Shown here: in pieces, positions 1 to 9,800 of the stretch
Layout of the letters: every line of letters starts with the position of its first letter
How positions within the stretch are numbered: position 1 is the first letter of the stretch
Source of the DNA: an uncultured Aliarcobacter sp.
GTDB lineage: Bacteria; Campylobacterota; Campylobacteria; Campylobacterales; Arcobacteraceae
NCBI GenBank assembly: GCA_963677435.1
Contig: OY781945.1
Span: forward strand, 2,368,001 to 2,432,000
Direction of reading: 5' to 3'
DNA length: 64,000 bases
Notes under the pieces: generated by a model
What the model saw: only the letters and a program-made list of their open reading frames with translations
Told to the model about the DNA's origin: nothing
Database searches by the model: none
Translations under genes and position numbers: made by a program

Positions 1-15
1 TAATAAAGGATTTTT

Positions 16-684
16 ATGAATTATCAATTGGATTTTGTAGGATTAGCACCATATTATAAAGAGCTTATAAATGGTGTAATATTAACTATTCAAATCACAG
101 CAGCTACAACTATATTTGGTGTATTTTTAGGAGTTTTAGGTGCTGCTTCAAGAGTAGGAAAAAATACTTTTTTACAAAATCTTGTTGGAGGTTTTGTAGA
201 AGTTATTAGAAATACACCTTTTATAGTTCAACTATTTTTTATATTTTTTGGTTTACCAACTCTTGGCTTTAAGTTAACAGCACTTGAAGCTGGGATGATT
301 GCTATGATTATAAATTTAGGTGCTTATTCAACAGAGATTATACGAGCAGGAGTTGAAGCTACGGACAAAGGTCAATGGGAAGCTGGAAAAACATTAGGAT
401 TAAAATGGTCACAAATTTTCTTCCATATTATTTTACCCCAAGCTTTTAATAAAATCTCTCCTGCGTTAATTAGTCAATGTATTATAGTTATGTTAGGTTC
501 ATCTGTTTTATCACAGATTTCTGTTGAAGAGTTAACATTTACGGCTAACTTTATTCAATCAAGAACATTTTTGAGTTTTGAATCTTATTTTGTTGTTACT
601 TTTATTTATTTAATTCTTGCAGTTTTATTACGGTTTATTCTGACTTTTGCAAGCAAAAAAATATTTAAAATGCATCTAATGTAA
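16..684 (+). CDS. Polar amino acid ABC transporter permease (HisM/GlnP family)
   Basis: RNTPFIVQLF and AYSTEIIRAG..GQWEAG (EAA loop) motifs; AAGGA RBS. Confidence 0.9.
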   Translation: MNYQLDFVGLAPYYKELINGVILTIQITAATTIFGVFLGVLGAASRVGKNTFLQNLVGGFVEVIRNTPFIVQLFFIFFGLPTLGFKLTALEAGMIAMIINLGAYSTEIIRAGVEATDKGQWEAGKTLGLKWSQIFFHIILPQAFNKISPALISQCIIVMLGSSVLSQISVEELTFTANFIQSRTFLSFESYFVVTFIYLILAVLLRFILTFASKKIFKMHLM

Positions 685-698
685 AAAAGGATTTTATA

Positions 699-1349
699 AT
701 GGAACAATTTACAAATATGGATATATTTCAAAATCTTTTATTGGCAGCTAGATGGACAATACTATTATCTTTAATTGCATTTATTGGTGGTGGAGTTGTT
801 GCTGGAATATTAAGTATTTTACGAATGATGAATAATCCAATTATCTCATTTTTTATAAATTTATATGTTGAGATATTTCAAGGTATTCCTTTATTAATGC
901 AGTTATTCCTAGCTTTTTTTGGTTTGTCATTATTAGGTTTAGATATTGGAGCTTGGGCTGCTGCTTCATTGGCTTTAACACTATTTACAAGTGCATTTTT
1001 ATGCGAAATTTGGAGAGGATGTTTAGATTCTGTTCCAAAAGGACAATGGGAAGCTTGTAAAACAATGGGATTGAACTATTATCAAACAATTTTTCATGTA
1101 ATAATTCCCCAATCAATAAGAGTAGCCACTGCACCAACTGTTGGCTTTTCAGTACAAGTTGTAAAAGGAACAGCCCTAGCTTCAATAATTGGTTTTGTTG
1201 AACTTACAAAAGCTGGAACAATGTTAAATAATGCAACATTTGAACCATTTAAAGTGTTCGCGATGGTTGCTTTATTATATTTTTTAATTTGCTATCCACT
1301 AACAAGATATAGTAAATATTTAGAAAGGAAATTAAATGCCTCTAGTTAG
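699..1349 (+). CDS. Polar amino acid ABC transporter permease
   Basis: QGIPLLMQLF and EIWRG..GQWEA motifs; hydrophobic; tandem with previous permease. Confidence 0.9.
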   Translation: MEQFTNMDIFQNLLLAARWTILLSLIAFIGGGVVAGILSILRMMNNPIISFFINLYVEIFQGIPLLMQLFLAFFGLSLLGLDIGAWAAASLALTLFTSAFLCEIWRGCLDSVPKGQWEACKTMGLNYYQTIFHVIIPQSIRVATAPTVGFSVQVVKGTALASIIGFVELTKAGTMLNNATFEPFKVFAMVALLYFLICYPLTRYSKYLERKLNASS

Positions 1350-2064
1350 TATTGAAAATGTTCATAAATATTATGGAGATAAACATGTCTTAAAAGGCAT
1401 TAATTTAAAAGTTAATGCAGGAGAAGTAATCTCTATTATTGGCAGATCTGGTTCAGGAAAAAGTACGCTTTTAAGATGTATTAATGGTCTTGAAGAACAC
1501 CAAGAGGGAAATGTTTTAGTTGGTAATTTAGAAGTTACAGCAAATGAAGTTCAATTACTAAGACTTAGTAAAATATGTGGAATGATTTTTCAAGGTTTTA
1601 ATCTATATCCACATAAAACAGCAGGTGAAAATGTAATGTTATCTCCAAAATTAGTTTTAAATAAAACTGATAAAGAGTGTAAAGAATTAGCTATGCAATG
1701 TCTTGAAAAAGTTGGAATGGAACAGATGTTTAACCAATATCCAAACAGCTTATCAGGTGGACAAAAACAGCGTGTTGCAATTGCTAGATCACTTGCAATG
1801 TCTCCAAAGATTTTATTGTGTGATGAGATTACATCTGCACTTGATCCAGAACTTGTTGGTGAAGTTTTAAAAGTATTAGAAAATCTTGCTAAAGAGGGAA
1901 TGACACTTATTTTGGTAACACACGAAATGAATTTTGCAAGAGATATTGGGGATAGAGTTGTATTTATGCACCAAGGTAAAGTTTGGGAAACAGGTCCTAG
2001 TGACGAAGTATTTGCAAATCCTAAAACACCAGAACTTCAAAACTTTTTATCTTCTGTTTTATAA
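1336..2064 (+). CDS. Polar amino acid ABC transporter ATP-binding protein (GlnQ-like)
   Basis: Walker A GRSGSGKS, LSGGQKQR signature, DEITSALDPE, VTHEM. Confidence 0.92.
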   Translation: MPLVSIENVHKYYGDKHVLKGINLKVNAGEVISIIGRSGSGKSTLLRCINGLEEHQEGNVLVGNLEVTANEVQLLRLSKICGMIFQGFNLYPHKTAGENVMLSPKLVLNKTDKECKELAMQCLEKVGMEQMFNQYPNSLSGGQKQRVAIARSLAMSPKILLCDEITSALDPELVGEVLKVLENLAKEGMTLILVTHEMNFARDIGDRVVFMHQGKVWETGPSDEVFANPKTPELQNFLSSVL

Positions 2065-2066
2065 TT

Positions 2067-2096
2067 TTATTTTTAGGGAATAATCCCTAAAAATAA
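2067..2096. terminator. Probable bidirectional intrinsic terminator
   Basis: TTATTTTTAGGGA-ataa-TCCCTAAAAATAA inverted repeat between convergent genes. Confidence 0.75.
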
Positions 2097-2117
2097 CTCT
2101 TTTTATATAATTCTTAC

Positions 2118-3410
2118 TTATAAAATAAATGCCAAAGCACTAATAATAGTAATAACAATAATTCCAATATTTAAATCATGGAATTCTCTTTTTGCTAGTT
2201 TGATAATAGTATAAACTAAAAATCCTGCTGATATTCCATTTGTAATAGAAAATGTCAATGGCATTAATATAACAATTAAAAATGATGCTGCACTTGTAGC
2301 TAAATCAGACTCTTTGAAATCTATTTTTCCAAGTTCTGTAAACATTAAAACTCCAACAACAACTAAAACAGGATAAATTGCATTTGAGGGAATTGATTTA
2401 AATAGTGGCAACATAAATAGAGTCGTAACAAAAAACATTGCTGTAAATACAGCTGTTAAACCTGTTCTTCCACCAGCTTCAACTCCTGCTGCACTCTCTA
2501 CAAATGCTGTTGTAGTTGAAACACCTAATAAACTTCCAGCAGTTGTTGCAAGAGCATCAGCTTCAAGAGTTCTTTGTAGTGATTTATCTTCTTTATTATT
2601 TTCTTGGAAAAGATTTGCTCTTGTTCCAACTCCTGTTAAAGTTCCTAAAGTATCAAACATATCTGTGATTAAAAAAGTAATAATTACAGGTAATAAAGAT
2701 AAAGTCATAGCACTAAAAATATCTAATTTAAGGTAAATTGGAGCAATTGAAGCAGGCATTGATAACACTGATTCAGGTAAACTTCCTAATCCAAAAATCC
2801 AAGCCACAATCGAAGTAATTGCGATTGATAAAATAAATGAAGCTTTAACTTTGTAAGCATAAAAGATAAAACAAAGAATAAGTCCTAAAACACCAATAAG
2901 AACATTTGGATTTGAAAAATCACCAAGAGATACTAAAGTAGCTTTATTTGCTACAATCATTCCCATTTGTTTAAGACCAATAAAGGCAATAAAAGCACCA
3001 ATACCAGCACTAATAGCTCGTCTTAAATTCATAGGAATTGAAGTCATCACCCAAACTCTAAACTCAGTTAGTGATAAAATCACAAATAGAATCCCTGATA
3101 AAAATACAATACCTAAAGCTGTTTGCCAAGGAATATTCATTCCTAAAACTAATCCATAAGAAAAGTATGCATTTAATCCCATACCAACACTCATAGCAAT
3201 TGGAGTATTAGACCAAAGTCCTGAAAAAAGTGTTGCTAAAATAGTAATTAATGCAGTTGCAGTAACAACAGCATCCATAGGAAGTCCAGCATCAGAAAGT
3301 ACAAATCCATTTACTGGAACTATATACATCATTGTTAAAAAAGTAGTAAAACCAGCTGAAAACTCAGTCCCTACTTTAGTTCCGCGTTCTTTTAGTTTAA
3401 AAAAACCCAT
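2118..3410 (-). CDS. NCS2/AzgA-family purine (guanine/hypoxanthine-type) permease
   Basis: GFTTFLTMMYI, GMGLNAYF, ESAAGVEAGGRTGLT motifs. Start moved from 3515 to ATG 3410 (MGFFKLKE), which has an AAGGA RBS. Confidence 0.88.
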   Translation of the reverse strand: MGFFKLKERGTKVGTEFSAGFTTFLTMMYIVPVNGFVLSDAGLPMDAVVTATALITILATLFSGLWSNTPIAMSVGMGLNAYFSYGLVLGMNIPWQTALGIVFLSGILFVILSLTEFRVWVMTSIPMNLRRAISAGIGAFIAFIGLKQMGMIVANKATLVSLGDFSNPNVLIGVLGLILCFIFYAYKVKASFILSIAITSIVAWIFGLGSLPESVLSMPASIAPIYLKLDIFSAMTLSLLPVIITFLITDMFDTLGTLTGVGTRANLFQENNKEDKSLQRTLEADALATTAGSLLGVSTTTAFVESAAGVEAGGRTGLTAVFTAMFFVTTLFMLPLFKSIPSNAIYPVLVVVGVLMFTELGKIDFKESDLATSAASFLIVILMPLTFSITNGISAGFLVYTIIKLAKREFHDLNIGIIVITIISALAFIL

Positions 3411-3651
3411 CCTTTTATCCTTAAAATCAAATATATTGGAATAGTACATAATTGCATATAGTTTTTGAATACTTTCACCGTATACTATTTGCTCAATTTT
3501 AAAAATAATTTTCAAGAAGAAGTGGATTTTTAATAAAATTTGTAATTATTGTACTATTTATAAATATATTATATACATTGTAAGCATAATATATTATATA
3601 TTTATTATAAAGATTTTGAAAAAAATAAAAATATTAAAATTTATATGAATT

Positions 3652-4404
3652 TTACTGTTTCCCTAAAGAAAACTCTTTTTTATTCATATTTTCTCTATAT
3701 ATTTTCCAAACATTCATAATTTTTGCTTTTAGATTTGACATATTGTTTGAGCTTATTACACCTATGATTATTTTTTTGTTTTGACTAAAGGTGAATGATT
3801 CGAAGTTGTTTTGATGTATTTGTTTTAGGAACTCTTCATTGTTTTTTGTTTTTATATAAAACTTTGCAAATATGAAATTAACACTGCTTTTTCTAGTGAT
3901 ATAATCTTTTAATTCATCACCCAAAATATCAAATTTTTCTATATATTCTAGTTTTTTGTTTTCAAAAAATCTATTTTTTATTTTCATTTTTGAAAAATCA
4001 AAGTTTTCAAAACTTCTTCCACGACTTAAAATATCTGTATAAAAAAAAGTTGAGTTTTCATCGCTTTTTAGATTAAAAAACTGAATATATCGAGAGTCTT
4101 TATATAAAATCAACTCGTCATTTATAAACTCTAAATTTGAGTTGTTTGAAAGTTGTACATCTATTTTATTTATTCCATACTCTTTTTTTGAGGGATAAAT
4201 TTTTGTAGCTGATTCGGTCGTGAGTATCAAGTTTGAATTATCAAGTTTTACAGATGTTCTAAGTCTATCTTTTGGGAAAATTCCCTCACCAATATTTAAT
4301 AACTTTATGTAATTTTCTTGCTCATTAAAATGATAATGTCTTGAGGGAAGTTTCAAACTATCTAATGAAAAAACCTCATCTTTAAAACTAAACTTAATAC
4401 TCAT
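3652..4404 (-). CDS. ureD: Urease accessory protein UreD/UreH
   Basis: LLNIGEGIFPKD (GG..GD-like), TTESATKIY (TTQSATK-like), DILSRGR motifs; downstream of urt operon. Confidence 0.8.
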   Translation of the reverse strand: MSIKFSFKDEVFSLDSLKLPSRHYHFNEQENYIKLLNIGEGIFPKDRLRTSVKLDNSNLILTTESATKIYPSKKEYGINKIDVQLSNNSNLEFINDELILYKDSRYIQFFNLKSDENSTFFYTDILSRGRSFENFDFSKMKIKNRFFENKKLEYIEKFDILGDELKDYITRKSSVNFIFAKFYIKTKNNEEFLKQIHQNNFESFTFSQNKKIIIGVISSNNMSNLKAKIMNVWKIYRENMNKKEFSLGKQ

Positions 4405-4573
4405 TTTTCTCCTAAAAATCCTGCTTTAATCCATAAATATTTTATCCAAAAAATCATAGATTACTTTTTTTTCACCTGTATAAATTATATATAGAATTTA
4501 GTCTTTGATTTTTAATTTATGAAAGAATAATAACACTAAATCAACAATTGAGTAAATCTTTATTAGGTTTTTT

Positions 4574-4607
4574 ATATGCATTCCCAACGGGAACGTGGGG
4601 AATGAGG
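4574..4607 (-). repeat. REP-like imperfect palindrome, copy 1
   Basis: Minus strand CCTCATTCCCCACGTTCCCGTTGGGAATGCATAT; GC-rich hairpin in AT-rich DNA; shares ends with 13149-13186. Confidence 0.65.
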
Positions 4608-4620
4608 AAAAAATTTTTTA

Positions 4621-5010
4621 TTATACATCCACTTCAATAATTTCATGACCGTATGAATTATCGATAGAGCATAACCATACACCATCTTCATCCTTAGTAA
4701 AAATGTAAGTAGCTTTACGAGTTACTTCTGACATGTTTGAAGAAGATATTACTGTATTTGCTAGCACTAGAGCTGTATTCCCACTTTCAAGTACCTCAAT
4801 CCCTTTTTGACTAACATGTAAACCATTTCTAAAATAAACTGCGATGGCTTCAAATGCTTTTCTAATAGCATCTTTACCTACAGCATTTTTTCCTGGTTCA
4901 ACAACTAGCACTGCATCCTCAGTATATATGTCAAGAAGAGTATCAAAATCTTCTTCAACAATTGCTCTATCTGCTTTTTCAATCTGTTTAATTACTGCAT
5001 GCTGTTTCAA
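4621..5010 (-). CDS. NTF2-like/SnoaL-like (YybH, DUF4440-type) protein
   Basis: YTEDAVLVVEPG..GKDAIR and WLCSIDN motifs; TTG start. Confidence 0.8.
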   Translation of the reverse strand: MKQHAVIKQIEKADRAIVEEDFDTLLDIYTEDAVLVVEPGKNAVGKDAIRKAFEAIAVYFRNGLHVSQKGIEVLESGNTALVLANTVISSSNMSEVTRKATYIFTKDEDGVWLCSIDNSYGHEIIEVDV

Positions 5011-5013
5011 AAT

Positions 5014-5499
5014 TTACCCCTTTAATATGTTAAAACCTTCACTCAACAATGGAGATTCAAAGTATTGTGTAACATGATTAAATACATCTTCATTGTCAAA
5101 CTGTGCTCTATGTGGTTGTTCCTTTCTTCGTTTAGCAATATGAGCTAAACATTGTTCATCGCTTAAATCAATAAAAATAAGCTCATGATCACATTTAATC
5201 TCATTAAACAGTTGATTAAACCATTCTCTTTGCTTTTTTGTATTTGCAGGAAAATCCATAACTACATTTGTACCTGTATTTAAAATTAATTGCACATGCG
5301 ATTTTATAAAAGGCTTTATAAGTGCAGAAAACTTTATGAAGTCATCAAAAGAGTTTATTTGATTAGGATAATGGGCTGCAAGCCAATCATCTTCTGACAA
5401 AAGTACTGCATTCTTTTCAATTGATATAATTTTTGATTTTGTGCTTTTTCCAGCTCCCATCTTCCCACAAAAAAAAGTAAGCGTTCCTTTTTGCATCAT
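5014..5499 (-). CDS. Small P-loop kinase-like ATPase (AAA_33-like)
   Basis: Walker A CGKMGAGKST, LSEDDW, VVMDFPANT. Confidence 0.8.
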   Translation of the reverse strand: MMQKGTLTFFCGKMGAGKSTKSKIISIEKNAVLLSEDDWLAAHYPNQINSFDDFIKFSALIKPFIKSHVQLILNTGTNVVMDFPANTKKQREWFNQLFNEIKCDHELIFIDLSDEQCLAHIAKRRKEQPHRAQFDNEDVFNHVTQYFESPLLSEGFNILKG

Positions 5500-5566
5500 A
5501 ATATTCCTTTTTGTATAACTATTAATTCAACATGAATTATATACAAATTAGCCTGATAATTAATAA

Positions 5567-6265
5567 CTAAACCGACATATACTTCCGAATAATCTCATCA
5601 CTGAGCATTGCTATTTCGCCATTTGCAACAACACTTCCCCTATCTATTACATAAAAATCATCTCCATGTCGTCTTGCAAATGGTAGTTTTTGCTCTACTA
5701 GCAATACTGTGATTTGTTCTTCTTTTGTTAGATAATCTATTACTTCTCCGATTTGAGCTACGATATTTGGTTGGATTCCTTCACTTGGTTCATCTAGGAT
5801 TAAAAAGTTTGGGTCAATACATAATGCTCTTCCTATTGCCAACTGTTGTTGTTGTCCTCCACTTAAATCTCCGCCTTTTCTATTTGCCATGTCTTTTAAA
5901 ACTGGGAAAAGCTCATAGATTTTATCTGGGATTTTTGTGATTTTATTTCTATTTGACATCACTCCAATTTCTAGATTTTCTTTTACTGTTAATTGTGAAA
6001 AAATCTCTCTTCCTTGGGGAACATAACCAATAGCAATAGAAGCTCTTTGATAATCTGAAAGTTTTGAAATATCTTTTCCTTCATAGATTAATTTTCCATC
6101 TTTAATAGGAAGTAATCCCATGATTACTTTACTGATAGTTGTTTTCCCAACTCCATTTCTTCCCATAAGGCAAGTACATCTTCCTTTTTTTATCTCTAAA
6201 TCCAAATCCCACAAAGTGTGACTTTGTCCGTAAAATTGGTTTATTTTTTCTAGTTTTAACATCAT
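5567..6265 (-). CDS. urtE: Urea ABC transporter ATP-binding subunit
   Basis: GRNGVGKT, YVPQGREIF, LSGGQQQQLAIGR, DEPSEGIQP. Confidence 0.93.
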   Translation of the reverse strand: MMLKLEKINQFYGQSHTLWDLDLEIKKGRCTCLMGRNGVGKTTISKVIMGLLPIKDGKLIYEGKDISKLSDYQRASIAIGYVPQGREIFSQLTVKENLEIGVMSNRNKITKIPDKIYELFPVLKDMANRKGGDLSGGQQQQLAIGRALCIDPNFLILDEPSEGIQPNIVAQIGEVIDYLTKEEQITVLLVEQKLPFARRHGDDFYVIDRGSVVANGEIAMLSDEIIRKYMSV

Positions 6266-7053
6266 TATTCCCCTAGGTAAACTTTTCGTACTTTCTCATT
6301 ATTCTGAATGGCATCCATACTTCCCTCAGCCAAAACCGAACCCTCATGTAAAACCGTCACTTTTTTTGCGATACTTCTTATAAATTCCATATCATGTTCT
6401 ACCACTACAACTGCATTTTCTTTTGCAAGACTTGTCAAAATCTCTGCTGTTTTTTCCACCTCTTGTGGTGTCATTCCTGCAACTGGTTCATCCACAAGTA
6501 GAAGTTTTGGTTCTTGCATGATTAACATTCCAATTTCTAGCCATTGCTTTTGACCGTGTGATAAAATTCCTGCTTCTTGTTTATACAGCTCTTTTAGACC
6601 TATTAGTTTCATTGTTTCTTCGATTTTATCTTTTTGCTCGCTACTTAATTTTGAAAAAAGTGTTTTGAAAAATCTTTTATCATCTTTCATTGCAAGTTCT
6701 AGATTTTCAAAAACCGTGTGGTTTTGAAAAACTGTTGGTTTTTGAAACTTTCGTCCTATTCCAATTTGTGCAATTGCTGGTTCATCCATACTTAATAAAT
6801 CAACTGAATGTCCAAAAATCACAGTTCCAGAATCGGGTCTTGTTTTTCCAGTTACCACATCCATCATTGTAGATTTTCCAGCTCCATTTGCTCCAATAAT
6901 ACATCTTAATTCACCATAATCAATAGAAAAACTTAGATTATTTAAAGCCTTAAATCCATCAAAACTAACACTTACACCATCAACAAGAAGTATTCTACTT
7001 CCAATTTTTAGCTCACCAATATCAGTTTCATTATCTCTTTTTAATCTTTCCAT
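6265..7053 (-). CDS. urtD: Urea ABC transporter ATP-binding subunit
   Basis: GANGAGKST, GIGRKFQKPTVF, LSHGQKQWLEIGM. Confidence 0.93.
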   Translation of the reverse strand: MERLKRDNETDIGELKIGSRILLVDGVSVSFDGFKALNNLSFSIDYGELRCIIGANGAGKSTMMDVVTGKTRPDSGTVIFGHSVDLLSMDEPAIAQIGIGRKFQKPTVFQNHTVFENLELAMKDDKRFFKTLFSKLSSEQKDKIEETMKLIGLKELYKQEAGILSHGQKQWLEIGMLIMQEPKLLLVDEPVAGMTPQEVEKTAEILTSLAKENAVVVVEHDMEFIRSIAKKVTVLHEGSVLAEGSMDAIQNNEKVRKVYLGE

Positions 7054-7055
7054 TT

Positions 7056-8165
7056 TTAAGCCTTTTTCATTTTTCTATTGATTTTGCTTATAAGCCCAAC
7101 AACACCTGCTGGAAGATATAAAGTTACAACTACAAATAATCCACCAAGTGCATATAACCAAACTTCAGGAAGTGCAGAAGTAAAATATGTACTTGCAAAA
7201 CTCACTATCATAGCTCCAATAATCGCTCCATATAGAGTTCCTCGTCCACCAATAGCAACCCAAATTACCAACTCAATAGAAAATAAAGGACTAAATACAT
7301 TTGGATTTATGATTGCAACTTGTGGCACATATAAAGCTCCTGCGATTCCTGCAAGAACTGCTGAAACCACAAAAATAAAAAGTTTATATTGCTCAACTTT
7401 GTACCCCAAAAATCTCACCCTACTCTCAGCATCTCTTATTGAGATTACAACTCGCCCAAGTCTTGAGTTTATGATGAATCTGCAAACTAAATATCCTAAA
7501 ACCAAAGCAAAAAAAGTGATTAATAATAAAGCCACTCTTGTTGTGTCTGCTGATAAATCAAAACCTAAAATATCTTTGAAGTCTGTCAAACCATTGTTTC
7601 CACCAAAACCCATATCATTTCTAAAAAATGCCAACATCAAAGCATAAGTTAAAGCCTGAGTTATGATAGATAAATAAACTCCTGTTACCCTACTTCTAAA
7701 AGCAAACCAACCAAATACAAAAGCCAAAATTGCTGGAACTATCATTACCATCAAAATTGCAAAAACTGGATTATCAAAACCATACCAAAACCAAGGAAGC
7801 TCTTTTAGGTTCATAAATACCATAAAATCAGGAAGTTCAGGATTACCATAAACTCCTCTATCTCCGATTTGACGCATCAAATACATGGCAAAGGCATATC
7901 CACCAAGTGCAAAAAATGCCCCATGACCTAGACTTAAAATCCCTAAATATCCCCAAACCAAATCAAGTGCAAGTGCCAAAAGTGCAAAAGCTAAATATTT
8001 TCCCAAAATCGTAACTGTAAAAGTTGAGATATGAAAAATTGAACTCTCAGGAATAAACAAGTTACAAAAAGCAACCACAAACACTACTACTGCCAAAGAT
8101 GATAAAACTATTTTGCCACCTTTGTCATTTTCTAAGATTCTTAAAATTATTGATTTATTTTCCAT
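7056..8165 (-). CDS. urtC: Urea ABC transporter permease
   Basis: DLVWGYLGILSLGHG, LPDFM, GGNNGLTDF motifs. Confidence 0.93.
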   Translation of the reverse strand: MENKSIILRILENDKGGKIVLSSLAVVVFVVAFCNLFIPESSIFHISTFTVTILGKYLAFALLALALDLVWGYLGILSLGHGAFFALGGYAFAMYLMRQIGDRGVYGNPELPDFMVFMNLKELPWFWYGFDNPVFAILMVMIVPAILAFVFGWFAFRSRVTGVYLSIITQALTYALMLAFFRNDMGFGGNNGLTDFKDILGFDLSADTTRVALLLITFFALVLGYLVCRFIINSRLGRVVISIRDAESRVRFLGYKVEQYKLFIFVVSAVLAGIAGALYVPQVAIINPNVFSPLFSIELVIWVAIGGRGTLYGAIIGAMIVSFASTYFTSALPEVWLYALGGLFVVVTLYLPAGVVGLISKINRKMKKA

Positions 8166-8168
8166 TTT

Positions 8169-9749
8169 TTAATCCTGTGCATCTCGACCTTTTTGAGGAA
8201 ATAATCCTCTAGGTCTTTTTTGTATAAATAAAATAATAAATACCAATATGATAACTTTTGCCAAAATTGCACCTGCAAGTGGTTCAATAAATTTATTTAT
8301 TTCTCCAAGTGAAAAGGCAGCGATTAAAGTTCCCCATAAATTTCCAACTCCTCCAAAAACAACAACCATAAAACTATCCACAATGTACGCTTGTCCAAGA
8401 TTTGGCCCAACATTTGTAAGCTGTGAAAGTGCAACTCCCGCAACTCCTGCGATTCCTGAACCTATTCCAAAAGTTATGGCATCAATCTTGCTTGATTGAA
8501 TTCCCATGGCTCTGGCTATTGGTCTATTTTGAGAAACAGCTCGAACTTTTAATCCTAAAGATGTTTTTTTCATCACATATAAAATGGCAAAAAAAACAAT
8601 AAAAGCAAAAATCACAACATACAATCTGTTGTAAGTTAAAGATAAAGCACCATTTATTTCCCAAGCTCCACTCATCCAAGATGGTGTTTTTACCTCTTGG
8701 TTTAGTGGAGAGAATATTGTTCGTACAACTTGTTGTAAAATCAAACTTATCCCAAAAGTTGCCAATAGTGTTTCTAGGGGTCTGCCATAAAGATGACGAA
8801 TTACCAATCTTTCAATGGCAATTCCCACCAATCCACTCACTATAAATGCAGCAGGAATTGCGATGATTACAGAATACTCAATCATATTTGGCATTAATTG
8901 CTGAATTGTATATGTTGTATACGCTCCAATCATTATTAATTCCCCATGAGCCATGTTTATTACTTTCATAACTCCAAAAGTAATAGCTAAACCAATGGCA
9001 GCTAAAAGTAAAACCGAACCTTGTGAAAGTCCAAAAAATGCAGTTTCTATAAATGAATAGAAAGTTTTACTAAATTCAATTTCATTTAGGGCATTTTTAA
9101 CTGCAAGTTTTACTTTTTCATCACTTGAATCTTTTAGACCATTTAGAGTTTCTAAAGATTTAGAAGATAAAAAACCACCAAGTTCAGCGATTGCATCAAG
9201 TTGCTCTTGACCTGTCAAAAACTTTGCTTTTAAGTTTGCATTTGCTTCAAGTAAAATATCTTTTATTGAAGATTTTTTTTCACTTTTTAAAGCTTCAACT
9301 ATTATCTCTTTATCTTGAACTTCTAGATTTTCCAAGATATTTTTTGCAGCATTTAATCTTTTGTTTTCATCACTTGCAAAAAGATTTATCTTTGCAAGGC
9401 TTGCTTTTATAACACTTCTTAATTTATTATTTATCTTTATTTTTGAATAATCATCTTGATTTGCATTTTCAATAGAGTTATTTGAAAACAAAGATTTAAA
9501 ACTATTATCTTTTTCTAAAAGTACAATTTCATTAGTTTGATTTTGAAAATATAAATTTCCTAAAAGCATACTTTGTAATAAAATCTCTAATTTTTCTTCA
9601 TCTTTATAATTTATTATTAACTCATTTAAAACTTCTTCTTTTACTTTAAAACTGTTGTCTGATAATTTGCTAGATAATTCTTCAAAGTTTGAAGCCAAAG
9701 AGAATGAGAAAATCAATAAATTAAGGAGTATTATTTTTAAAATATTCAT
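8169..9749 (-). CDS. urtB: Urea ABC transporter permease with N-terminal periplasmic domain
   Basis: GLAITFGVMKVINMAHGE, LYGRPLETLLATFG motifs. Confidence 0.92.
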   Translation of the reverse strand: MNILKIILLNLLIFSFSLASNFEELSSKLSDNSFKVKEEVLNELIINYKDEEKLEILLQSMLLGNLYFQNQTNEIVLLEKDNSFKSLFSNNSIENANQDDYSKIKINNKLRSVIKASLAKINLFASDENKRLNAAKNILENLEVQDKEIIVEALKSEKKSSIKDILLEANANLKAKFLTGQEQLDAIAELGGFLSSKSLETLNGLKDSSDEKVKLAVKNALNEIEFSKTFYSFIETAFFGLSQGSVLLLAAIGLAITFGVMKVINMAHGELIMIGAYTTYTIQQLMPNMIEYSVIIAIPAAFIVSGLVGIAIERLVIRHLYGRPLETLLATFGISLILQQVVRTIFSPLNQEVKTPSWMSGAWEINGALSLTYNRLYVVIFAFIVFFAILYVMKKTSLGLKVRAVSQNRPIARAMGIQSSKIDAITFGIGSGIAGVAGVALSQLTNVGPNLGQAYIVDSFMVVVFGGVGNLWGTLIAAFSLGEINKFIEPLAGAILAKVIILVFIILFIQKRPRGLFPQKGRDAQD

Positions 9750-9765
9750 TTTTATTTCCTTAAAG

Positions 9766-9794
9766 AAATATGGAAGAAGAGCTCTTCCATATTT
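9766..9794 (-). terminator. Intercistronic hairpin between urtA and urtB
   Basis: AAATATGGAAGA-agagc-TCTTCCATATTT. Confidence 0.65.
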
Positions 9795-9800
9795 TAGTTT

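Noticed and set aside
3411..3515. 35-aa N-terminal extension of the NCS2 permease in the ORF track
   Set aside because: ATG 3410 has a good RBS and family similarity starts there
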